Positions 23,937-35,747 of a DNA stretch of 64,000 nt are shown in pieces. A program made the position numbers and the translations under genes. This DNA is from Azolla caroliniana (Eukaryota > Plantae > Polypodiophyta): NCBI GenBank assembly GCA_043228905.1, contig JBHGNT010000003.1:8184001-8248000 (forward strand). Direction: 5' to 3'. How positions within the stretch are numbered: position 1 is the first letter of the stretch; every line of letters starts with the position of its first letter. Below the pieces are notes generated by a model. The model ran no database searches, had not been told where the DNA came from, and saw only the letters and a program-made list of their open reading frames with translations.

Positions 23937-25086
23937 ATGTCATTTTACTTTGACGTATATCTGCAGGAGAATTCACCCCGAATTACCTCCTTCTGTAGGT
24001 AACTTGTGAATTGGCCTCAAAAGTATTCTTTTCCACCATCGGTTCGGAGGCACTTGATCTTCCGTCCTATCTCCCGTTCGGTAAGGCCTTTCACCTTTAG
24101 TAAGTAGGAGAAGAATTTACTCTTCTTCTCGATCAAGCACGCCCAGGTCTGCCAAATGTAGTCATTGATGAAGGTTACAAAGTAACGGCTCCCACCGATG
24201 CTCAAGTTCTGACATGCCGGTCCCCATACTTTTGAATGAATTAAATCGAGCTTTTTACGGCTCCGATTACGCTCGTTGGGGAATGGAAGCCGATGTTGTT
24301 TCCCTAATTGACAAGCTTCGCAGACTTGGTCCTTTCGGCCATTGAATTTTGGGAAGTCGTAAACAATGTTCTTGGTCTGCATCTCTTGAAGCGGAGGGAA
24401 ATTGATGTAACTAATTCACTTATGCCAGATGTCGATATTCGACTTGAACTTTTGCCCTTTTGCAAACATAGCGGTGCCTATGTCGATGGTCTCGAGGATA
24501 AACATACTCCCCTCTCTACGCCCTTGCCCGATGATTCGGCCTTCTTCTTCGATGAATCACCCAAGGTGAGTGAATCAAACTTGCATACCTTGATTGACAA
24601 TCTAGTCGACCGACACCAGGTTCTTGGTGATCATTGGGACATGGAGGAAGTTTCTCATTATTCTTCTCTGGCCAACATGGCTCAAAGGGATGTCTCCGAT
24701 GAGCTCGATGGGGTGAGGGGCATCGTCGTCGGCTTTGATGACCCCTGACTATTCCTACCTTTCGTTATAGGAGAACCATTCGTTGTGGTTCTTCATATGG
24801 TTGGATGCTCCAGAATCCACATACCACACCTCGTTCGGCTTTGAGGTGCTCATTGTCTTTGAAATGGCCTTGTGCTTCATCACAAAGGCATGGCCTGTTC
24901 TGGCTTGCCCTAAGCCTTTGGCGTCTTGTGGTCTTTGCCATCTCTCAGAGTTGGCCTCTTCTTGATCCAACTTTTGTCCGAATCAACTTGTTTCTTCCAA
25001 CACTTGCTCTCCTTGTGGCCCTTCCGACCACAATAGCAATAGTTAGTGGCTTTTCCTTGATGACTTCTAGGGCCACCCTAACTCCA
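23937..25086 (-). pseudogene. Copia D fragment (right half: Zn-knuckle, protease, integrase)
   Basis: WYVDSGASNHM, CEACQLGKQHRLPF, RTDGGKEYF. Confidence 0.88.
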
Positions 25087-25102
25087 TATTAGAGTTAGAT
25101 CT

Positions 25103-25500
25103 TGTTGAGCGGCAAGCTCAACCGGAGCCGGATCGGCTGAGTGAGCCTGAGCCGGTAAGCGAGATGAATCAGTATGCCGGTGAGCAACCGAGCCAGTAAG
25201 GAGTAAGGACTGGTGAGCTGGGGAGTCGGTATGCCGGATCCAACCCGTAACCGGAAGCCTAGTATAGGTTAGACTACTAGGCAGTTATAGTCTCATAGTT
25301 AGTGTCAGATGCTCGTGTGAGCCTTGAAGTACACCGTACTTCTAACAGTCCCGTGTGGACTTGTATAAATAGCGCTGATGAGCGCGTTGTAGATAGAGAG
25401 AGCACAGAGTATTCATATAACTTTGGAAAATAGTGTGTCCTGCTCTCTCTCTCTCTTTGTCTATTGTTCTTTCTAGCGCTTCCACAAGCAATCTTTTACA
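25103..25500 (+). repeat. 5' LTR of copia C
   Basis: TGTTGAGCGG...TTTTACA followed by TGGTATCAGAGC. Confidence 0.95.
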
Positions 25501-25595
25501 TGGTATCAGAGCGCGTGGGTTGAGAACCTCTGCTGCAGATATCTTCGCTTGTGAAGGAAACCCTAACAGATCGGAAAGCAGTCACAAAAGGAGAA

Positions 25596-28500
25596 ATGGA
25601 CAGAGGTATGGCTACGTCACTCCCGGTGGAGAAGCTCGACAGAACCAACTACACATCTTGGTTACACAAGATGCACCGGTACTTGCTTGGGCATGGCTAC
25701 TGGAGTTATGTCGACGGAGTGAACGACTCAGCACCGGAGACGACACACAAGGACTTCCCAGTGTGGGAACAGGCGGCAAGTAGGGTGATGTATTGCTTCG
25801 CATCCAGTGTCGGTGACCAACTGCTCAGCCATATCCGTGACGCCAAGACACCGAAGGATGCTTGGGGAAACTTGAAAAAGGTCTTCACCGCATGCACCAC
25901 TGCCCAGAAGCTGCAACTCAAACAGGAGTTGAGCAATGTTCGACAGAAGAACATGTCGGTGGCAGATTACACAGCCCGGATCAAAGGGATTTGTGACTCA
26001 CTTGCCTCTATTAACGTCACCGTAGAGGAAGACGAGATGGTACAGGTCTGTCTTGGAGGCCTGGCGTCCAAGTTCGGAGGTTTCCGGACTGCGGTTTGTA
26101 CAAGGGAGAATACGCCCTCATTTTTCGACTTACAGTCGATGCTCCTTGTAGAGGAGAACCACGCCGGTGCATCTACCAGTGCATCCCCAGACAGCCGGAT
26201 GTTGTACACGGGAGCGGATCGGTCTCCCGGGCGTGGTGGATGAGGCAGGTCGGCACGCAATGGAGGCGGCCGGCAAGATCAGGAACGAAGGCATAGTGAG
26301 CGTGCCGACAACAGTTCCGGGACTTCCACAAGCAGAGGGAGTCAAGGTGGTGCCGGAGGTCGGCCAGACAAATCCGCTACAGAATGCTTGTACTGTGGCA
26401 AAAAGGGCCATAGGGAAAGCGAGTGCTGGAGAAAGCGTGCCGATTCGGACAAATCCGGATCCGGCAAGACCGGTAAGGAAGGCCGGCAAAGCTCGCACTA
26501 CGCAAACGGATCGAAAGGATCCAAGAACGGTAAGGGGCCAACCTTGGTGATGAAGCACAAGGCAAACTCAATGAAGAAGACCACTTCCAAATCGGAGGAA
26601 GTGTGGTACGTTGACTCCGGCGCATCGAACCACATGACGAGCCACAGGGAGTGGTTCTCCTTTTTGGAGAAGCTGGATCAATCGGGAGTTGTCGAAACCG
26701 GAGACGACACTCCCCACCCGATTGTGCACGTCGGAGAAGTCCCTTTGAACCACATCGGACAGAGGGGGAAGTTGATGAATGTATTACATGTTCCGACGAT
26801 CACGAAGAACCTGGTGTCGGTCGGATAGATCGTCGACCAGGGGATGCAGGTGCGGTTTACGCACCTCAGGTGCTTCATTGAGGATGAGGGCGAAGTTATT
26901 GCGCAAGGGCGCGGAGATGGGAGGATGTTTATCCTCAACACCAATGACGTCGGCACCACACTGTTTGCCAAAGGATAGAAGGTCGAGTCGGATATCGACC
27001 TGTGGCATAAGCGGATCGGCCACGTCAACTACCGGAGGCTTCAAAACCTGCAAACGGAACAAGTCGTTTTCGGTTTGCCGAAGTTTAGCGGCCGGAGAGC
27101 CCAGATTTGTGAAGCCTGCCAACTCAGGAAGCAACACCAGCTTCCATTCCCCACCGAAAGAAATCGAAGCCGTAACAAGCTCGATCTTATCCATTCGGAT
27201 GTGTGGGGACCGGCACAAAATGTTAGGACTGGCGGGAGTCGATATTTCGTCTCCTTCATCGACGACTACAGGCAGCATACGTGGATCTACCTCATTGAGC
27301 GGAAGAGCGAAGACTTTGAGTGTTTCCGGAGCCTCCAAAAGATGGTGGAATGGGAATCGGAGAGGAAGATCAAATGCCTACAGTCGGATGGCGGAAAAGA
27401 GTACTTTTCCGGCCAATTCAATAGCTATCTGCAACAAAAAGGAATTAAGTGAGAATTCAGCTGCAGATACACACCGCAACAGAACGGTGTGGCCGAAAGG
27501 AAGAATAGGTCGTTGATTGATGCGGCTAGGGCAATGCTGGAGGAAAAGAGCATGCCCAAGTTCTACTGGGCGGAGGCGGTCCAAATGGCCGTTTACATCC
27601 AAAACTGGATCGGGGACAAGGTGTCAGCTCACGAGCTGTATTTCGGGCACAAGACAAATTTGAGACACCTTCGGATATTTGGCAGCATAGCCTATGTACA
27701 TGTGCCGGATGAGAAGCAGAGAAAGCTGGATGCAAAATTGGAAAAATGCATGCTAGTCGGCTATGCTCAAGAGCAAAAGGGGTATAAGTGTTATAACCCC
27801 CGGACGAAGCAAGTCCGAGTCAGCCGAGATGTCGAGTTTGATGAATCGGCATCGTGGTATTCCTTACCAACTCCGACTTTCGATCCCGACCCGATGTTGG
27901 AGGATGGGGCTAGTGAGCCTGAACCGGCCCAGGTAGAGAAAGATGAAGCCGAGACTCAAGATGAGAGTTTGGAATTGTTCCGGTTAAGCGGACCGAATGA
28001 GAGACTGGATCAGTCCAACCAATCAGATGATGAGACGGCGAGTAGTGGAGACTCTGTCGTGCTCTCCCCGCGCAAGGAACCGAGGAGACGGTTCACACGC
28101 AAAGAGAAAGGGAAGCTGAAGATCCCGGAATTCGAGACCGGGAATGATGAGTCGGATCGGTGCGTATCTGACTTCGGCAAGGACATAGGCAGATCTTTGG
28201 GAACGAAGACCGAACCGGCCAAGAAGGGTCTGATATCGGGTAACGGTGAGTTATGCCGGTCCACCCGCCAGAAGGATCCCGTTAAATGGTACGGGTATAA
28301 CAAGTACATGGCGCATCATTATGCGTACATGACCAAGGTCGCGGAAGTGCGTGAGCCGGAGAGCTACGCAGAAGCGGCAAAGGACGTAAATTGGCGTGCC
28401 ACTATGGAGGAAGAAATGCGGGCAATGGATGCCAACGGAACTTGGGACCTGGTTGACCCTCCCCGTCACTGTAAACCGATCGGATGCAAGTGGGTGTACA

Positions 28501-30585
28501 AGGTAAAGTACAATGCCGATGGTACAGTTAACCGGTACAAGGCCCGGTTAGTGGCGAAGGGATATGCGTAGACCCATAGAATCGACTACAACGAGACCTT
28601 CGCTCCTGTAGCAAAGATGACGACGGTTCGTGTGGTACTGGCGGTTGCTGCGGCAAGGGGGTGGCATCTTCATCAGATGGATGTGAAGAATGCCTTCCTT
28701 CAAGGAGATCTTGAAGAAGAAGTCTTTATGACTCAACCCCCCGGATTTCAGTCGGAGGTGAACAAGTCGGCGGTATGCCGGCTGAGGAAGTCGTTGTACG
28801 GCTTGAAGCAAGCCCCCCGTGCTTGGAATGCTAAGATCACGCACCGGTTGCGAAAGATGGGGTTTGTTTCCTCTAAGTCGGACTCTTCCCTGTTCATCCA
28901 TCAAGACTCAAACGGTCTGGTATGTATCTTACTCTATGTTGATGATTTAGTCATCATTGGCCCAGGTCTTCCGGAAATCAACCGTGTCAAGTCCCAGTTG
29001 TCGGACGCATTCAATATGAAGGACTTGGGGGACCTTCATTATTTTTTGGGGGTCGAGGTGATCCGCACCCCCGACGACATATTGCTTTCTCAACGCCATT
29101 ATGTGTTGAATATACTGTACAAGTTCGGCATGACGGAATGCCGACCTGTCTCCACACCCTTGGACCGGAATCAGAAGATTCGTCCCAAGTTCGGACCGGC
29201 CTGCAATGAGAAAAGGTTTCGACAAATAGTCGGAAGCCTGATCTACTTGACCATCACCCAACCCGACATTAGCTATCCGGTCGGAGTGGTAAGCCAATTC
29301 ATGTAGAAGCCGACCGTGGAGCACCTTCAGTGCGCGCAACAAATACTGAGGTATGTAACCGGCACTAAGGACCGGGGGCTCTTATACCGGAAAGGTATAA
29401 CCGAAGAGCTTGTTGGCTACACGGATGCTAACTAGGCTGGCGATGCAATGGATCATCGCTCAACTTCTGGCTTTATGTTTTCTCTTGGGTGCACGGCTGT
29501 TGCGTGGAGCAGCAAAAAGCAGCCAACAATGGCTCTATCCAGCACTGAGGCTGAATACCGGGGCATGACCGTTGCCACCTGCGAAGCCATTTGGCTTCGG
29601 CGACTACTGCAAGACCTGCGGATCGAGGTACCGACCCCGATCCTGATCTACTGCGATAACCTCAGCAGCATGCAGCTCGCCAAGAACCCTGTGTTCTATG
29701 CTCGCACAAAGCACATAGAAGTGCATTATCACTTCATGCGTGAGCGGGTCTTGAGCGGTGAAGTTGAACTACGGTATGTTCACACGGATTGGCAAGTTGC
29801 AGTACTTTACCGAAATGCTTGGTGTTCAGCATCTCGATGTGCCGCACTTGAGGGGGAGACGTAAGGGCAAAGACACTACGGAAACAGGCAAAGGCAAAAA
29901 AATTGTTGAACCCGTCGGTAAGAGAAGAACCGGTAGAGGTGGAGACAAGAAGAAAAATGAAGCCGAGTCGACGAAGGAAGTCGGCACATCCGAACAGGTC
30001 GGAGTGAGTGGCTGTGAAGAAGAAGTGTACACTCAGGAAGAGAAGTGCATGCTATGCGGAGGTCATCACGATCGTAATGGCCATGATGCGGAGTCGAATG
30101 AAGTATTCGACTTCGGTGAACCGGCTGAAGAAGCCAAGGGAAGCACGGAGAAGGCCAAGACCCGGACGTGGTCCGATGTGGTGAGAGGCCTGAAGCCGAA
30201 AATCGAATCGGAGGATACCGATTCAGACAAGAGCTGGAATGAGTCGGAGACAGCCGATTCGGATCAACAGACGGATCCGGATGAGTCGGATCAGCGAGAG
30301 GCCAAGGAGACACGGACGCAGCGGAAGTCGATGCCATCGTGGTGGAACCGACGGATCGGCAAGCGCCGGAGTCATAGCAGCAAAGGAGCTGAGATGGGCC
30401 TATTGAGCAGACATGCCGAAGGTCAAGGCGCGCAGAACCAAAGGGGTCGCGACAAATGGGACCGGACTGGACAAGGAGCGCGAGCAAGGCGAAGCGACGC
30501 CAGGAGAAGTCGGTTGGAAGAACCGACTGCCATAGAGGTTGACACTACGACCCTACCTCAGGTTGAGCTTGAGGGGGAGTGTTGA
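25596..30585 (+). pseudogene. Copia C gag-pol with multiple in-frame stops
   Basis: MDRGMATSLPVEKLD start; all copia domains; ends ...VELEGEC*. Confidence 0.92.
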
Positions 30586-30981
30586 GCGGCAAGCTCAACC
30601 GGAGCCGGATCGGTTGAGTAAGCCTAAGCCGGTAAGCGAGATGAATCGGTATGCCAGTGAGCAACCGAGCCGGTAAGCAGTAAGGACCGATGAGCTGGGG
30701 AGCCGGTATGCCGGATCCAACCCATAACCGGAAGCCTAGTATAGGTTAAACTACTAGGCAGTTATAGTCTCGTAGTTAGTGTCAGATGCTCGTATGAGCA
30801 TTGAAGTACATTGTACTTCTAACAGTCCCGTGTGGACTTGTATAAATAGCGCTGATGAGCGCGTTGTAGATAGAGAGAGCACAGAGTATTCATATAACTT
30901 TGGAAAATAGTGTGTCCTGCTCTCTCTCTCTCTCTCTTTGTGTATTGTTCTTTCTAATGCTTCCGCAAGCAATCTTTTACA
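30580..30981 (+). repeat. 3' LTR of copia C
   Basis: Direct repeat of 25103-25500. Confidence 0.95.
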
Positions 30982-31537
30982 GATCCTAATGTAAGCATAT
31001 GATAAGGATATAATAGATAGATAGAAAAGAAAGAAGATAGAGAAAGAAGGGTGCCGATCCACCCGACCACCTCCGAGATCAAGACGGACTCGAGCCTCGA
31101 TTGGCATCCCATACCACCACCATGGTATCGAGTCGTTCCTGGTACAGGCGCGCTCGCTTACAAGAGTTTAATCACCATGAGGACAAAGTCTCAACGTAGT
31201 TGATAATGTCAAATGAGGGTAGGTAGGCCCCATATTTATAGCCAGACCTAAAGCCCCCAAGAAAGTTCACACTTCGCCTTAATGGGTTGTCTCAATCCCA
31301 AGGATTAAAAGTAATCCTTCCCTCCTTTACCCTCTTGGTTAACCCTCACATGTTATCCTCGTGTGTAAAATACTATGGTATTAGATACCATGGGATATTA
31401 TATCGACAATTCTCTATGGTACATGTGGTTTAGGAGATAACTCTTTAGAAGTAACCAGAGTTTCAGTTGTAATTGTATTATCGCAAGAACCAAGAAGTTC
31501 TTTTAGACAATATACATGAAAAACTGGATGGATTTTG

Positions 31538-31920
31538 CGTTAGGAAACAGGTCCCTCCGGATGGGAAGGAGACCACGAGTAGAAGAGAAGAGTAAGTTGA
31601 ATTAGTCGAGGGTAACTCGGCCGAGGCCGAAAAATCGATCAATTCCCAATTTCGTCGAGACCAAAAATCAAATAATAATAATCGATTCGGTTAATAACCG
31701 AATCGGTCGAAGCCCACTCAAGGCTATATTTGTAAATAGCCCATATTGTGTATAAGTATAAATACACCTAGGGCAAATCATTATGCGTCGTAGATATTAC
31801 AGAGATGTAAATAGTGTGTAGAAGTATGAGAGTGAGAGTTGTAACTCTGTTGTAACCGTCATCTGATGAAGAAGAGTTCAAGGTTGTTGCCTTAGTGTCT
31901 CTTGTGTATTTAACTTCTAC
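31538..31920 (+). repeat. Degenerate/truncated copia-type LTR inserted in chromovirus integrase
   Basis: Starts GTTAGGAAACAGGTCCCT like the LTR ending at 58866; shares TGTAAATAGCCC..TATAAATA..TAGGGCAAA core with E LTRs. Confidence 0.65.
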
Positions 31921-32340
31921 CATCAGGAAGAGCGAGACGATATGCTGATGAACCAATGCTTTTTTAGGACTATAATAGGTCCACAAACCATGGGTCTAAC
32001 TTAACGCACTTACCCATAGACAATGACTTAGAATTGTGAGGTACATGTAAAAATACCTTCTATCCAGGGTTGAATACACGAGGTTGCCTATTATGATTGG
32101 CATAAAAACGCGCTCTATCTTGAGCTGTTTTTGTATTATCTCGTGCATTACACAACATATCTTGCATATCCCAAAGAAAGTTTTGCATACTTCGTAACTC
32201 ATCATGATGTATATTAACATCAATCAGGACTCATGGTTGAAAACCATACATCAACATAAAAGGACTATATCCCATCGATGTATGTTAAATGGAGTTGTTA
32301 TAAACAAACTCCAAAATTGGGAGATAATGTTCACATTTTG

Positions 32341-33042
32341 TGATAAGTTTTTGTCCCTCCTAATGGGAGAAGTCGGTAGGTGAATTGGTGGAGTTGACAA
32401 GTTGAATTCTCGATGGTTGATTTGATCGACCAGCGAGTCGACTTGGTAGTCGACGGATTAAAGTAAATGGAGAGTCAACTATATTGGATAGATGATCCAA
32501 GTGAAAGACTAGGCCAGCTAGTCAGGCTAACCAGATGGTCGATGACAAAGTCTGCCAGACGAACCAACTGGATAGCCGACAAAGGAGCTGGCTAGTTGAA
32601 TTGACTGGACTATCGACTTGTGGGTCGGATAGTCGAGTCGACCAATCGGTCGATTAACTACTATTTTTTGTAATATAATAATAACTTATTTCGTATATAA
32701 ATATGTGGAGCTAGGGAAAACTTAATATACAGATAAAGAAAAACTTCTAGAATAGTGTAGAATAGTTGAGTGTTGAAAGAGAGCAACAGAGAGAAGTAAG
32801 GAGACGAGAGAAAGTGACTATAGGTATAGTGAGTGGAATTTGCCAAAACCCTAAGTGGAGATTCTCTAATCTTCAAAGATTTGTAATCTTTCTCTTGTAC
32901 TTCTGTCTATAGTGAAAATATGTTGCCCCGTGGTTTTCCTTGTTTTAGGGTTTCCACGTAAAAGTTGTGTACTGTGTATGTTGTTTTCTTTTTGTACATT
33001 TCAGTTTATCTTTCTCATAAATCTACAGTCCTAAGCTCATCA
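32341..33042 (+). repeat. Solo LTR (copia-type)
   Basis: TGAT...ATCA ends, TSD TTTTG on both sides, CCCGTGGTTTTCC..AGGGTTTCCACGT motif shared with E LTRs. Confidence 0.85.
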
Positions 33043-33227
33043 TTTTGTTGGTTTTGCACCAACGTATGCTCGAACTATGTCCTCAATAATTTGATCTACT
33101 CCTTGTGTCTATCCATCGCATTGATTATGATCCGTGGACCTCATGCTCAGTGTAGTTTTAAACTTCTTAAAGACTTGTGTCCAAAAGTCACTAGTAAACT
33201 TTGGATCTTAATCGCTCACAATATCCA

Positions 33228-33602
33228 TGTAAAAAGTGGCATGCGGAAGCAAGTATAAAGACAGAACAGAAGGAAGAACACTCAGGTTTAATGGAGAGCT
33301 TGAGCTTACGCAGTATACTCGGGAGAAACCAAGAGAGTGAGAGAAGACACGGAAAGGAGAATATATTCAAGAAAGACCAAAAAAACAATACATATATGTG
33401 TTCAATGAACACTTTGTACAAGTCCTAGAAGGACTGACCGAAGTACTGACAGTACTTCAATGCTCATTAAGAGCTCCTACACTAACTCCCAAATATATTC
33501 CTCACGAAATATCTTTCCTAACGGCCTAACCGATCGGTCCCAACCGATCCGGTCCTCAGCTTCTTCAGCCGAGCCGGCCGATGTTCAGCTTGTCTCTCAA
33601 CA
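33228..33602 (-). repeat. 3' LTR of copia A'
   Basis: Direct repeat of 45190-45564. Confidence 0.95.
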
Positions 33603-35168
33603 CTCCCCCTCAAGCTCAACTTGAGGCTCTTAGGGATCTTCACAGCTCCGGTTTCTCTTGGCTTCACGCCTCGCTCGCGCTCCTCGACCTATTCGACTCC
33701 GCGCGCTTCGACCCTTCCGGTTGGCTTGTCTGCTCATGTGGCCCTCATCAGCTCTTCTGTTGTTGCGGTGTTGACGCTTCTTCTGCTGCCTTTTCTTCCG
33801 CTTGGGCCTCGGTTGATTCAATCTATCTGAATCAAACATCCGAACTGACTCGGCTACCTCCGATCGGTTTTGCTCTCGTCCGAGTTGGCCGTCTCCAACT
33901 CGTCTTCGGTCTTCTCGCCCTCGATGGCATCATCTCCCCCATGCGTGGTTGGCTTTGGCTCTCTCCTTCAGCTGCTCCCCTTCTATCCGCTTCCGGACTT
34001 TTCCGCGGGTCCGCCCTTGGCTTCTTCAGCCGATCCGAAGTCAAACTTGACAACCGACTCGGTGTCGCGGTCTCCGCTCCTTTCCTGCTGCCTTGCTTGG
34101 TCGTTCGGGACTGTTCTCCCCCTCAAGTTTGGCACGTCGAGGTGACGCAATCCGAGTGCACCTGAGAATTGCCGCAACTTGTCCACACCAAGAGGCTTGG
34201 TGAAGATGTCGGCAATCTGCCGATCCGTCGGCACGTACTGAAGTTCGACTTCACCGGAAAGGACACGGTCAAGGAAGAAATGGTAGTGCACCTCAATGTG
34301 GTTGGTTTGTGCGTGGAAAACGGGGTTCTTCGCGAGCTGGATGCTGTTGAGGTTGTCGCAGTAGATCGTCGTCAGATCTGACACCTCCGCTTGCAGGTCC
34401 TTAAGTAGCCGCTTCAACCATATGGCTTCACATGTCGCGACAGCCGCTCCTCGGTACTCAGCTTCGGTGCTCGACAGTGCAAATGTCGGTTGCTTCTTAC
34501 TACTCCACGCGATCGCGGCACTCCCGAGGGAGAATGCGTATCCGGCGATCGACGGCGTTGCCAGCCCAATCAGCATCGGTGTAGCCGACTAACTGCGCGG
34601 CTGCACCGGTCCGATATAGTAGTCCGCGGTCCTTAGTGCCACTTACTTACCACAGTACGCGTTGCGCACACTGAAGGTGCTCCTCGGTAGGTCGCGCCAT
34701 GAACTGACTGATCACCCCGACCGGATAACTGAGGTTGGGTCGGGTGATGGTCAAGTATATGAGGCTTCCGACAATTTGTCGGAACCTCGTCGGGTTGCAT
34801 ACCTCTCCCGTATCAGGACGAAGCTTGATGGTTCTGTCCAGAGGAGTCGAGACGGACTTACAGTCGGCCATCCCGAGTTTGAAGAGCATACCCAACACGT
34901 AATGACGTTGGCTGATCAATATGCATTCGGGGGTACGGATCACTTCGATCCCGAGGAAGTAATGAAGGTCCCCCAGATCCTTCATGTCGAACGATGCCGC
35001 AAGCTGTAGCTTCACGCAGTTAATTTTCCCTAGGTCGGCGCCGGTGATGACCAAGTCATCGACATATAGTAGAATACTAACCGGTCCGAGTCGACCTTTC
35101 CGGATGAACAGGGAAGAGTCCGATTTTGACGTGACGAAGCCCATCCGACACAGTTGTTGCGTGATCTT
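33597..35168 (-). pseudogene. A' pol 3' part (RT C-half, RNase H, tail)
   Basis: ORF pieces 34647-35144, 33983-34576, 33630-33839. Confidence 0.9.
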
Positions 35169-35737
35169 TGATGGAAATAATCATCACTTTCCAAACTTCA
35201 CCTCTCGGCGACAACCAAGGAAACACACGAATCGTTGTTGCAGAAAATGGGAAATGCGAAAAATAGAGTGGACACACGATTTAACGTGGAAAACCCTGTA
35301 CGGGAAAAACCACGGGAGTACAAGACTCCGAACCAAAACTATGCACAGAGGAATATACAATGGCGAGCTGCAAGGCGACGACCTTGAGCTCGCTGTCCTC
35401 GCCACAGGCGGCGGAATTACACAGAGGCGTCGACCTCTTCCTCTCTCACGCTCTATCTCTCTCACGGCTGCTCTCTCTTCACTCCTCTTGAGTGGAAAAA
35501 CAGAAAAATAAGTAGCAACCTCAAAACTGTTTGCCCTAAGTCATATTTATACACATATGACTTTCGGGCTTATTTACAAATGTAGCCTCAAGGGCCCTTG
35601 GCAAACATATTCACAAATATGTCCCCGCATCCGGATCTCTCTCCGGGTACATTCATCATCCGGCTCCGAAACCGGGTTTGCCGTCATTCATATCCGGACA
35701 TCCGATCATCCCATCCGGAGGGACCGTAATCCCAACA
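35169..35737 (-). repeat. 3' LTR of E
   Basis: Preceded on - strand by PPT GAAGGGGGAG + TT. Confidence 0.95.
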
Positions 35738-35747
35738 AACTCCCCCT

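Larger units (their letters stand above)
25103..30981 (+). mobile_element. Full-length Ty1/copia family C (decayed)
   Basis: LTRs 25103-25500 and 30580-30981 (~21 substitutions by eye), PBS 25501-25512, PPT, TSD GATCT/GATCC. Confidence 0.96.
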
